NCBI GenBank assembly: GCA_964451855.1
Contig: CAYVJT010000001.1
Location: 19,796 to 83,795, forward strand
Length of the DNA stretch: 64,000 bases
DNA from: an uncultured Actinomycetota bacterium
GTDB lineage: Bacteria > Actinomycetota > Nitriliruptoria > Nitriliruptorales > Nitriliruptoraceae
Direction: 5' to 3'
The number at the start of each line of letters is the position of its first letter. Position 1 is the first letter of the stretch. Below the pieces are notes generated by a model. That model did no database searches and was not told where the DNA came from. It was given only the letters and a program-made list of their open reading frames with translations. The translations under genes and the position numbers were made by a program. Positions 18,483 through 26,941 of this stretch are shown here, in pieces.

Positions 18483-19708
18483 GTGGTCGCGCGCGCCGGT
18501 GCTGGCTCGGGCTGCAGGGCGGCGTCGGTGATGGGGCGGTGGAGGGCGATGACCCCGAGCACCTGCATGACGACGGCGCAGATGAACAGGGCCCGCAGCC
18601 CCAGGACGCTGGCGACGAGCCCGCCGAGGAGGGCGCCGAGGGGCATGCTGCCGGCCGCGACGAGCCGGAAGGCGGAGTTGACGCGGCCGAGCAGTGCCGG
18701 AGGTGTCACCCGCTGGCGGCTGGAGACGCTGACGACGTTCACCACGACCGACACGAGGCCGAGGGTCGCGGCCATCCCGCCGATCACGGCGACGTTGGCG
18801 GTGACCACGGGGACCACCATCAGGGTGGAGACGGTCAGCATGCCGCCGAGCAGGGCGCGCCGCGGTCCGAGGCGGTCCTCGATGCGTCCGGCCAGGAGGG
18901 ATCCGAGGATGCTGCCGGCGGCGACCGTCGCGCCCAACAGTCCGTAGGCGGCGGGGGGCAGGCCCATCGCCGACCCCTCCCCGACGGCGAACAGCACGAA
19001 CACGCTGAAGTAGGCGGTGTTGGCGAGGTTGAAGATCCCCGCGATCCCCGCGATCGAACGCAGCGCGCGCTGGTCGCGGAGGTAGCGCAGCCCCTCTGCG
19101 ATGTCCTGTCGCAGCTTCGCCGGAGGCCGTTCCGCGGGCCGGTGGTTGCCCGGCAGGCGGACGAGCAGCAGCGCAGCGGCGAGGTAGAGCACCGCCGGCC
19201 CGAGGAAGACGCTGGCCGTCGCCACGGTCACCAGGATCCCGGCGAGCGGTGCGCCGACGAAGTTGTTCATCACGGTCTGCGCGCCGATCAGGCGCCCGTT
19301 CGCGGTGCCGAGTTGCTCCGGTGTGACCAGGTCCGGTACCAGCGACTGCGAGGTCGTGTCGAACAGCACCTCGCCGATCCCGAACGCGAGCACCGCCAGG
19401 TACAGCGCGGGCAGCGGCAGCCACCCGATGGCCGCCGCGGTTCCGACCGCGAGGAGGGCACCCGCGCGGAGCAGGGCCGCGGTGACCATCAGCCAGCGCC
19501 GGTCCCGGCGGTCGGCGAGGGCTCCGACGTGCAGCGCCAGCAGCAGCCACGGCAGCGTGGCGGCGACCTGCACGCCGGCGACCCACGTCGGCTCCCGGGT
19601 GATCTGCACGACCACGAGGGGCGCGCCGACCATCAGGATGCCGTCGCCGAGGTTGGAGCTCGTCGACGCGGACCACAGTCGCCGGTACGAGGGGCCGAGC
19701 TGGGTCAT
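18479..19708 (-). CDS. MFS transporter (EntS/MFS_3-like)
   Basis: YRRLWSASTSSNLGDGILMVGAPLVV..GALADRRDRR, 12 TM pattern. Confidence 0.85.
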   Translation of the reverse strand: MTQLGPSYRRLWSASTSSNLGDGILMVGAPLVVVQITREPTWVAGVQVAATLPWLLLALHVGALADRRDRRWLMVTAALLRAGALLAVGTAAAIGWLPLPALYLAVLAFGIGEVLFDTTSQSLVPDLVTPEQLGTANGRLIGAQTVMNNFVGAPLAGILVTVATASVFLGPAVLYLAAALLLVRLPGNHRPAERPPAKLRQDIAEGLRYLRDQRALRSIAGIAGIFNLANTAYFSVFVLFAVGEGSAMGLPPAAYGLLGATVAAGSILGSLLAGRIEDRLGPRRALLGGMLTVSTLMVVPVVTANVAVIGGMAATLGLVSVVVNVVSVSSRQRVTPPALLGRVNSAFRLVAAGSMPLGALLGGLVASVLGLRALFICAVVMQVLGVIALHRPITDAALQPEPAPARATT

Positions 19709-19904
19709 CCCTGTCTCCTTGGGGTCAGGCGCGATCGGTGTCGTTGCCAGCGCTGGTCATGGCAGCGCATCCCGGTGCTGGTCCGGTGGCGGTCTGGGCC
19801 GGCGTCCCCTCAGGGCAGAGCCGGCGTGCCGGTGCAACCGCACCCATCACCGGGCGGGCTGCGGGATGGCCAGTCCCGCGCCCGTGGCCGAGGTGCTGAC
19901 CAGC

Positions 19905-19976
19905 GGGCGGCGGGGACGACGTGCGGTGGTCCGCTCGCCGCGGCGGCGGGGACGACGTGCGACGGCCCGCTCGGTG
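19905..19976. repeat. 2 x 36-bp near-identical tandem duplication in the MFS/ArsR intergenic region
   Basis: gggcggcggggacgacgtgcggtggtccgctcg versus cggcggcggggacgacgtgcgacggcccgctcg, read directly. Confidence 0.85.
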
Positions 19977-20039
19977 CGGTACTGGGCCTCGGTGCGGAGC
20001 AGGCTCTCGGTGAACATCCTGACCACCTCCTGGGGGTCG

Positions 20040-20110
20040 TGGTATATTGCAGAGGAACTTCTGCGAAGATACTACTGCAGAGGTCTCTTTGCAAACGATG
20101 TTCTGCGATC
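20040..20110. promoter_or_regulatory. AT-richer promoter/operator patch with repeated TGCAGAGG (x2) and TTCTGCGA (x2) motifs forming imperfect inverted repeats
   Basis: TGCAGAGG at 20048 and 20076. TTCTGCGA at 20059 and 20101. A TATATT box at about 20043. It lies immediately upstream of the ArsR-family gene RBS. Confidence 0.5.
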
Positions 20111-20123
20111 TGAGGAGGACGTG

Positions 20124-20975
20124 ATGCCGCGCGAGACCGAGGAGAGCCCTCAGAACGCCGAGGAACCGGGGTTGCCGGGCGATCCAGGGGATGCAGACGG
20201 CAGGGGCGCCGCGCGCGCCCCGGCAGGCAGAGAGGACGTTGAGCGCACGATCAGCGGATCCGGTCCGGCCGCAGGAGGGGACACCGCGGTGCCCGAGGAG
20301 GGTGCTGCGGTACCCGGCCCGGCGGATGCGGAGGGGTCGGCACAGGGTGCCGGGGACACCGAGGAGGGCGGCGAGAGCGCGCCCATGTCGGTGGATCCCT
20401 CCGCGCTGAAGGCGCTGGCCCACCCCCTGCGGGTGCGCATGTACGACCTGCTGTCGGATCACGGCGCCGCGACCGCCTCCCAGCTGGCCGAGCGGGTCGG
20501 CGAGAGCAGCGGCACGACCAGCTACCACCTCCGCTTGCTGGCCAAGCACGGGTTCATCGAGGAGGAGCCCGGCCGCGGCAACCGGCGGGACCGGTACTGG
20601 CGCGCGCGCAGCTACAACCTCGAGGCCGACAAGATGGAGGACGACCCCGAGGCGATGGCGCACCTGCGGATCGCCGCCGGGGAGCTGTGGCGAGGTCACG
20701 CGCGACAGATCGAGACGTGGTACCGATCCGCCGAGGCGTGGGGTCCGGCATGGAGATCGGCGTCCGCCAGCAGCAGGGCGACGTTCTACGCCACCCATGA
20801 GGAGCTCGCCGAGCTCCGTGACGAGCTGCTCCGGACCGCGGAACAGCTCATCAAGCCGCTCAGCGGCCGCCAGCCACCGGAGGGACAACCACCGGAGGGC
20901 AGCGTGCGTACCGCCCTGCAGATCCACCTGTTCCCCCTCAGCACCCCCGAGGAGAACCCCCCGGAAGGGTCGTGA
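20124..20975 (+). CDS. ArsR-family winged-helix transcriptional regulator with about 87-aa acidic disordered N-terminal extension
   Basis: GGAGG (20114-20118) precedes ATG 20124. HTH core is LKALAHPLRVRMYDLLSDHGAATASQLAERVGESSGTTSYHLRLLAKHGFIEE. An alternative start is the MSVDPS Met at about 20385. Confidence 0.75.
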   Translation: MPRETEESPQNAEEPGLPGDPGDADGRGAARAPAGREDVERTISGSGPAAGGDTAVPEEGAAVPGPADAEGSAQGAGDTEEGGESAPMSVDPSALKALAHPLRVRMYDLLSDHGAATASQLAERVGESSGTTSYHLRLLAKHGFIEEEPGRGNRRDRYWRARSYNLEADKMEDDPEAMAHLRIAAGELWRGHARQIETWYRSAEAWGPAWRSASASSRATFYATHEELAELRDELLRTAEQLIKPLSGRQPPEGQPPEGSVRTALQIHLFPLSTPEENPPEGS

Positions 20976-21024
20976 GGCGCGTGGTCAGCGCTAGCGTCGG
21001 CGTCCCTTCACCCCGGAGGCACGT

Positions 21025-22497
21025 GTGGACGACAGGTTGGAGCCCGAGGGCTTCTGGTCGCGTCTCTCCGACGCCCTCGAGCAGGTGCCTCGGGAGGCGC
21101 GCACCGCCCCGGAGCATGCCCGGGTCGGCGCGGTGTTGGTGCTGCTGGAGGACACGCCGCAGGGCCCACGGGTCGTGTTGACCCGGCGTCGGCGGGACCT
21201 GCGATCCCACCCCGGGCAGGTCTCGTTCCCCGGCGGGCGCCTGGACCCCGGCGAGACCGTCGAAGAGGCCGCTCTGCGCGAAGCTCAGGAGGAGGTGGGG
21301 CTGCGTGCCGACACCGTCGAGGTGATCGGCGCCGGCCCGCGGTTCTACATCCCTCCGTCACGGTTCTGGGTCGTCCCCGTGCTGGCGCGCTGGAAGGCGC
21401 CCCATGGGTTGGCCGAGAACCCCTGGGAGGTCGACGAGGTGCTCCGGGTGCCCGTCGCGCGCCTGCTCGACCGGGACCGCTGGCGTCATGCACCGATGTC
21501 CTCCGGTGCGTCGTCCTGGGCCTGGCAGCTCGACGAGGACCTGCTCTGGGGCGCGACGGCCGTGGTCATGTCGACCCTGCTGGACGTGGCGGTCCACGGG
21601 TGGAACGACGGCCTCGAGCCCGCTGAGCTGGGTGAGCGCCTCGCGGTACGGCCATGGGAGACCGCGCCGCCCTGGCAGCGTCGCCCACGGCTGGAGGGCG
21701 AGCTGCCGGCGACCCCGCAGCGCGAGGTCCCCCACGTCACGGCCGAGCAGATGCGGGCGACCCGGCGTTGGGGCGATCGGCGCGGGATCGACGCCGCGGT
21801 CCGAGCCGAGCACGCCGGACGTGCGCTGACCCACTCGGTGCGTCGGCTGCTGGGCAGGCGGTCCACCGGAGCCACGGTCACGGTCCTCGCCGGCCCGTCG
21901 AGCAACGGTGCAGGTGGGCTGGCCGCCGCTCGGCTCCTCGCCGTCGCGGGAGCCGACGTCCGGGTCCTGCAGGTCGGCTCCGTCCGGCTCCCGGGACAGC
22001 TGCGTTCCCTGGTGGAGTCAGGGATCCCGGTGAACCCGGTCGATGGGGACGACTGGAGCGACGTGGAACATCCCGGCGAGGTCGTGATCGACGCGATGCT
22101 CGGCATCGGCGGGGAGCCACCGTTGCGTCGGTTGCCCGGAGCGGCAGCCTCGTGGCTACGCCGGTTCGATGTGCTGGTGGTGTCGCTCGACCTGCCGAGC
22201 GGGGTCTCGCCCGACGTCGGACTCGGTGGTACCTGCGTGACCGCGGATGTCACGGTGGCCCTCGGACGCCCCACGGTGGCGCTGACCGAACCGGTCGTCC
22301 AGCCCTACCTCGGCGACCTCTACCTCGCGGACGTCGGCCTCCCGGAACCCGCGTGGGAGGCGAGCGGCGTCGCCCCCGCGTCCCGCTCGTTGTTCGCGGA
22401 CGGCCCGCTCGTGCGCCTGACCGCGGAGGATCGCAACAGCGACGCGGGGACACCGGATCAAGCGGAGGACCTCGAGCGCGGCGTCGATCGCGGTTGA
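21025..22497 (+). CDS. Fusion protein: CoA-pyrophosphatase-type Nudix hydrolase (N-terminal) plus YjeF_N / NAD(P)HX-epimerase-like domain (C-terminal)
   Basis: VLTRRRRDLRSHPGQVSFPGG matches the NuCoA motif, followed by the Nudix box GGRLDPGETVEEAALREAQEEVGL. The C-terminal half has VTVLAGPSSNGAGGLAAARLL, IDAMLGIGG and VVSLDLPSGV. Confidence 0.8.
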   Translation: MDDRLEPEGFWSRLSDALEQVPREARTAPEHARVGAVLVLLEDTPQGPRVVLTRRRRDLRSHPGQVSFPGGRLDPGETVEEAALREAQEEVGLRADTVEVIGAGPRFYIPPSRFWVVPVLARWKAPHGLAENPWEVDEVLRVPVARLLDRDRWRHAPMSSGASSWAWQLDEDLLWGATAVVMSTLLDVAVHGWNDGLEPAELGERLAVRPWETAPPWQRRPRLEGELPATPQREVPHVTAEQMRATRRWGDRRGIDAAVRAEHAGRALTHSVRRLLGRRSTGATVTVLAGPSSNGAGGLAAARLLAVAGADVRVLQVGSVRLPGQLRSLVESGIPVNPVDGDDWSDVEHPGEVVIDAMLGIGGEPPLRRLPGAAASWLRRFDVLVVSLDLPSGVSPDVGLGGTCVTADVTVALGRPTVALTEPVVQPYLGDLYLADVGLPEPAWEASGVAPASRSLFADGPLVRLTAEDRNSDAGTPDQAEDLERGVDRG

Positions 22498-22588
22498 CCC
22501 ACCGGTCGAGATGCGACCGAGGAGCGGCCGGTCAGCGGCAGCGCAGACGGGAGCGGGCGGAGGGCACTCGTGGCGAGCACCCACGCGG

Positions 22589-22673
22589 TGCGGGTGGTGG
22601 GATTCGAACCCACACGGACACGAGGTCCCAGGGCTTTTAAGGCCCCTCCGTCTACCGGTTCCGGCACACCCGC
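22589..22673 (-). tRNA. tRNA-Leu (anticodon UAA), class II with long variable arm
   Basis: Hand-folded. Acceptor GCGGGTG/CACCCGC, D-arm GGAACCGGTAGAC, anticodon loop CTTAAAA, variable arm GGGACCTCGTGTCCGT, T-arm GTGGGTTCGAATCCCAC. CCA is not encoded. Confidence 0.9.
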
Positions 22674-22744
22674 CGGGTGAGCAGGGTAGGGCTCGCGACC
22701 CACCTTCGGCGCTACGGTCGACACACGCGACCAACGAGGTGCTG

Positions 22745-24319
22745 ATGTCCCACTGGTTCCCCGACGGCTGCGTCGCCAGCCCACACCACCTGGCCTCCAG
22801 TGCGGGACAGGCCGTCCTGGCCTCCGGCGGCAACGCCGTCGATGCCGCGGTCGCGGCCAACCTCGTGCTCAGCGTGGTCACCCCGTACTACTGCGGTGTG
22901 GGCGGCGATCTCCTGGCGATCGTGTGGGACGGCGAGGCGACCGGGGTCCTGTCGGCCGGTGCGGCGCCAGGTGGTGCCACACCGGAGGCCATCCGGGAGG
23001 CGATCGATGCCGGGCACGGCGACGCCGAGGTGTCCTTCCCCGGCACCGCCGGCATGCCCATGTTCGGTGCGTTGCCGGTGACCGTGCCCGGTGCCGCCGC
23101 TGGCTGGCACCACCTGCTGGAGCGCTGGGGCAGTCGCAGCTTCGGTGACCTGGCCCAGTCGGCCCATCGACTCGCAGTGGAGGGGTTCCCCGTCTCACCC
23201 CACGGCGCCGGGTTCACCGCTCGAGCGCGGGCGCGGTTCGCGGGACAGCCCGGCTGGGAGGAGCACTACGGGCAGATGCGTGCGGGGGAGCGTTTCGTGC
23301 AGACCGACCTCGCCGCGACGCTGAAGGTGCTGGCCGACGACGGGCCGGACGCGCTGTACCACGGCGAGATCGGCGCCGCGATCGTCGAGGAGCTCCAACG
23401 GCGCGGCTCGACGATGACCCAGGACGACCTGGCTGGCCACGAGGTGGAGGAGGTCGAGCCGCTCCGCGGCAGCTACCGCGATGCCGAGGTGCTGGAGCTG
23501 CCCCCGCCGACCCAGGGGCTCACGGCGTTGACCGCACTGGGGATCCTCGATGCTCTGGGGCCGCTGCCCTCGGAGCCGCAGCTCGCCGCCCACGTCCAGG
23601 TGGAAGCGGTGCGTGCCGCGATGGCCGACCGTCAGCAGTACCTCGCGGACGGTCCCGCGATGCCGGTCCCCGCGGAGCAGCTGCTCGCGCCCGAACGGTT
23701 GCAGGCCATGGCGAAGGGGATCGCGCTCGACCGCGCTGCGGACTGGCCACCATCGCGGCCGGCTCCGGGTGGCACGGCGTACCTGTGCGCGGCGGATCGC
23801 GACGGGTTGCTGGTCAGCCTGATCCAGTCGAACTTCGTCGGGTTCGGCTCCGGGGTGGTCGTTCCCGGGACCGGGATCGGGCTGCACGACCGTGGCGCGC
23901 ACTTCAGCCTCGACCCCGACGACCCCAACGTCATCGCTCCGGGGAAGCGGCCCATGCACACCCTGATCCCGGCGATGGTGCTGCGCGACGGACGGCCGTG
24001 GCTGGTCCTGGGCACGATGGGCGGGGACGGGCAGCCACAGATCCACGTGCAGCTGCTGGGCCACCTCGTCGACCGCGGGGTCGACGCCCAACGCGCGATC
24101 GAGGCTCCTCGCTGGGTCGTCGACCCCGCCGACGGCACCCTGCGGATCGAGTCACGGGCGGGCGACCTGGCCGATGCGTTGATCGCGCGAGGGCACGAGG
24201 TCGCCTTCCTCGACGCCTACGACCACGGCGTTGGCCACGCCCACGCGATCGAGGTCACCGATGTCGGGTACGCCGCTGGCTCGGATCCGCGCTGCGAGGG
24301 CGCGGTGGTCGGCCACTGA
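22745..24319 (+). CDS. ggt: Gamma-glutamyltransferase family protein
   Basis: GGNAVDAAVAANLVLSVV.P...GVGGD; the nucleophile region GGTAYLCAADRDG; MHTLIPAMV; GTMGGDGQPQ. Confidence 0.9.
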   Translation: MSHWFPDGCVASPHHLASSAGQAVLASGGNAVDAAVAANLVLSVVTPYYCGVGGDLLAIVWDGEATGVLSAGAAPGGATPEAIREAIDAGHGDAEVSFPGTAGMPMFGALPVTVPGAAAGWHHLLERWGSRSFGDLAQSAHRLAVEGFPVSPHGAGFTARARARFAGQPGWEEHYGQMRAGERFVQTDLAATLKVLADDGPDALYHGEIGAAIVEELQRRGSTMTQDDLAGHEVEEVEPLRGSYRDAEVLELPPPTQGLTALTALGILDALGPLPSEPQLAAHVQVEAVRAAMADRQQYLADGPAMPVPAEQLLAPERLQAMAKGIALDRAADWPPSRPAPGGTAYLCAADRDGLLVSLIQSNFVGFGSGVVVPGTGIGLHDRGAHFSLDPDDPNVIAPGKRPMHTLIPAMVLRDGRPWLVLGTMGGDGQPQIHVQLLGHLVDRGVDAQRAIEAPRWVVDPADGTLRIESRAGDLADALIARGHEVAFLDAYDHGVGHAHAIEVTDVGYAAGSDPRCEGAVVGH

Positions 24320-24341
24320 TGACGGTGCAGCGCCTGCGAGC

Positions 24342-25280
24342 TCAGCCCTTGACCGCACCCTGGATCAGTCCGGAGGTCAGGTAGCGCTGCAGGAACAGGA
24401 AGAGCATGACGATCGGCACTCCGGCGATCAGGGCACCGGCGGCGAACGGACCCCAGCGGGCGCCGTAGTCCTCGGCGATGAACCGGAACAGGCCGACCGC
24501 GAGGGTGAACTGTCGATCGTCGGTCAACAGCACGCTCTGCACGATGAAGTCGTTGATCGCGACGATGAAGGACAGCAGGGTGACCACCGCGAGGATCGGG
24601 GCCGCCAGCGGCAGGATCATCGTGAAGAACACCTGCGCGTGGCTCGCCCCGTCGATCTTGGCGGACTCGTCGAGGTCGTGGGGGATCGTGTCGAAGAACC
24701 CCTTCATCAACCAGGTGTTGAGCCCCAGCGCGCCCCCCAGGTAGATCGCGATCAGCCCGGCCAGGGTGTTGAGGCCGACCTCCGGGAAGAAGCGGCCGAT
24801 CCCGATCATCAGCAGGAAGATCGCGATGATGGCCAGGAACTGCGGGAGCATCTGCAACAGCAGCAGCGAGAGCAGGGTCAGGCGCCGTCCGGTGAAACGC
24901 ATCCGGCTGTAGACGTAGGCGGCCAAGGCGCACAGGAACACCGACCCGATGGAGGTCACCCCGGCGACGATCATCGAGTTCGCGAACCAGCGCCAGAAGT
25001 TGGTCGCGAACAGGATGTCGAAGTTGATCGTGCTGACCGGATCGGGGATCAGGCGTTGTGCCGCGATGCTGCCGGTCGGGTTGAACGCCGCGGACATCAC
25101 CCACACCGCCGGGAACAGCGCGAAGAACAGCGCCGCCAGCACGACGAGGTAGCGCCACCCCACCTGCCGCGCCCACCGCAGCGGGCGGGCATGCCACGGC
25201 GGCTCGCCCCCGCGAGGCACGGCGGCCGGCGCGGACCTGTCCGCCGCACCCGTCGCGCTCGTGGAGGACTGGCTGCTCAT
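24342..25280 (-). CDS. malG: Carbohydrate ABC transporter permease (MalG-like)
   Basis: EAA loop DESAKIDGASHAQVFFTMILPLAAP. ATGA overlap with the malF-like gene. Confidence 0.9.
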   Translation of the reverse strand: MSSQSSTSATGAADRSAPAAVPRGGEPPWHARPLRWARQVGWRYLVVLAALFFALFPAVWVMSAAFNPTGSIAAQRLIPDPVSTINFDILFATNFWRWFANSMIVAGVTSIGSVFLCALAAYVYSRMRFTGRRLTLLSLLLLQMLPQFLAIIAIFLLMIGIGRFFPEVGLNTLAGLIAIYLGGALGLNTWLMKGFFDTIPHDLDESAKIDGASHAQVFFTMILPLAAPILAVVTLLSFIVAINDFIVQSVLLTDDRQFTLAVGLFRFIAEDYGARWGPFAAGALIAGVPIVMLFLFLQRYLTSGLIQGAVKG

Positions 25281-26905
25281 TCGTTGATCTCCTCGAGCGG
25301 TCGGATCCATCGGAAGCTGAGTGCCGCCATCGCCGCGACGAGCACGAAGGTGAGCACCGCGATGGTCGCACCCATGCCGTAGTCCTGCCCACCGCCGCTC
25401 TCGAAGGCGATCCGGTAGGTGTAGGTGATCAGGATGTCGGTGTGCCCAGCGGGCGTGGCTGCGCCCGCTATGGGTGGGTTCCCACCGGTGAGCAGGTAGA
25501 TGACGTTGAAGTTGTTGAAGTTGAACGCGAAGGTGGCGACCAGCACGGGAGCGGTGGCGACCAGCAGCAGCGGCAGGGTGATCCCTCGGAAGCGTTGCCA
25601 ACCCGAGGCCCCATCGACGGATGCGGCTTCGTAGACGTCCGAGGGGATCGACTGCAGCGCGGCCGTGCAGATCAGGAACATGTAGGGGAACCCGAACCAC
25701 AGGTTGACCAGGACCACCGAGAACTTGGCCCAGTTGGGATCGTTGAGCCAGGGGACCGCGACCCCGAGCATGTCGTTGATCACCCCGAAGCTACGGTTCA
25801 TCATCCCACGCCAGATCAACGCGGTCATGAACGTGGGCAGGGCGTAGGGGATGATCATCGCGAGCCGGTAGAAGCGCCGACCCTTGAGCCGTGCATCGTT
25901 CATGGTGATCGCGAGCAGCAGGCCCAGCGCGAAGGTGGCGAAGGTCGACAGGAACGCGAAGGCATAGGTCCAGACCAGCACCCTGGCGAAGGGGCCCCGG
26001 ATCGCTTCGGTGGTGAAGGCACGCACGAAGTTCTCGGTGCCGACCACCACCCGCCACCCGGGACTCAGGGACTGGGTCGGATCATCGATGTTGACGAACC
26101 GCCCCCGTTCGGAGGCGACGAAGACGTCGCCGGTCGCCTCGTCGACGAGCTGGTCCGTCTCCGGGTCGTAGAAGCGGGTCTGCTCCCTCTGGGTCGCCGC
26201 GGAGAGCGAGACCAGCTCGATCTCCCCGTCGGGCACCGGGATGCGCAGTTCGGTGAACGCATCGATGCGGTCCTGTGCTGCCCCGAGGCTCAGGCGCTCG
26301 TAGCCGCCGATCTCGACGATCCGGTCGTCGACCTCGGTGACGTCGAGCTCCTCGACGGGGACCAACCCATCGTCGGGGGTGCCGAGGTAGACCCGATCGT
26401 CCTCGCTGGTGAGCAACAGGGCGAGGTCGTCGCCATCGGCGAAGGGCACGGCCCCGTACCGGGGAGCGTCCGGCAGCGACCGGATCGAGATCTGCTCGAT
26501 CCGCTCGATCGCCTGTTCCTGGGTGAGGATCTGTCCCAGGCCGTAGTTGGTGAAGGCGATGTAGAAGGTGTAGACGAAGGGGAAGACCTGGAAGATCAGC
26601 AGGAAGATCGTCCCCGGGATGAGGTACTTCAGGGGGAGCTTCTTCTTGCCCAGGTAGATCCAGTCGAGCAGGAGGGTCGTGGTCACGGTCGAGGCGACCG
26701 CCCACAAGGGACCGTCGAGGGTGACGATCCGCACGATCATCAGCACCGCGATGGCGTTGATGGCTCCGAGCAGCAGCAGCTTGACGAACAGCCCGAAGAG
26801 GGTGTCGGCGAACCGGCTCAACGGGTGCTCACCGCGGCGGAGTGCCGCGTCGACGCCGCCGGGCACCGACGTTTCAGTGTCGGTGCCCGGCGGCGTCGTG
26901 GTCAT
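25277..26905 (-). CDS. malF: Carbohydrate ABC transporter permease with large extracytoplasmic loop (MalF-like)
   Basis: EAA loop YEAASVDGASGWQRFRGITLPLL. Long loop between TM3 and TM4, as in MalF. Confidence 0.9.
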   Translation of the reverse strand: MTTTPPGTDTETSVPGGVDAALRRGEHPLSRFADTLFGLFVKLLLLGAINAIAVLMIVRIVTLDGPLWAVASTVTTTLLLDWIYLGKKKLPLKYLIPGTIFLLIFQVFPFVYTFYIAFTNYGLGQILTQEQAIERIEQISIRSLPDAPRYGAVPFADGDDLALLLTSEDDRVYLGTPDDGLVPVEELDVTEVDDRIVEIGGYERLSLGAAQDRIDAFTELRIPVPDGEIELVSLSAATQREQTRFYDPETDQLVDEATGDVFVASERGRFVNIDDPTQSLSPGWRVVVGTENFVRAFTTEAIRGPFARVLVWTYAFAFLSTFATFALGLLLAITMNDARLKGRRFYRLAMIIPYALPTFMTALIWRGMMNRSFGVINDMLGVAVPWLNDPNWAKFSVVLVNLWFGFPYMFLICTAALQSIPSDVYEAASVDGASGWQRFRGITLPLLLVATAPVLVATFAFNFNNFNVIYLLTGGNPPIAGAATPAGHTDILITYTYRIAFESGGGQDYGMGATIAVLTFVLVAAMAALSFRWIRPLEEINE

Positions 26906-26941
26906 GACCTGGAGGCTAGCTGGAGGTCGTGCGGGTGGTGA

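Noticed and set aside
19810-20094. A 94-aa minus-strand ORF in the MFS/ArsR intergenic region that would translate the 36-bp duplication as a peptide repeat (SGPSHVVPAAAASGPPHVVPAA).
   Set aside because: It has no RBS, its composition is biased Pro/Ala/Ser/Arg, and it spans the AT-rich promoter/operator patch. It is more parsimoniously non-coding.
22498-22744. Considered the tRNA-Leu gene as a possible integration site for a genomic island.
   Set aside because: There is no integrase, no direct repeat of the tRNA 3' end, and no compositional shift nearby. The flanking genes (the Nudix fusion and ggt) look native.
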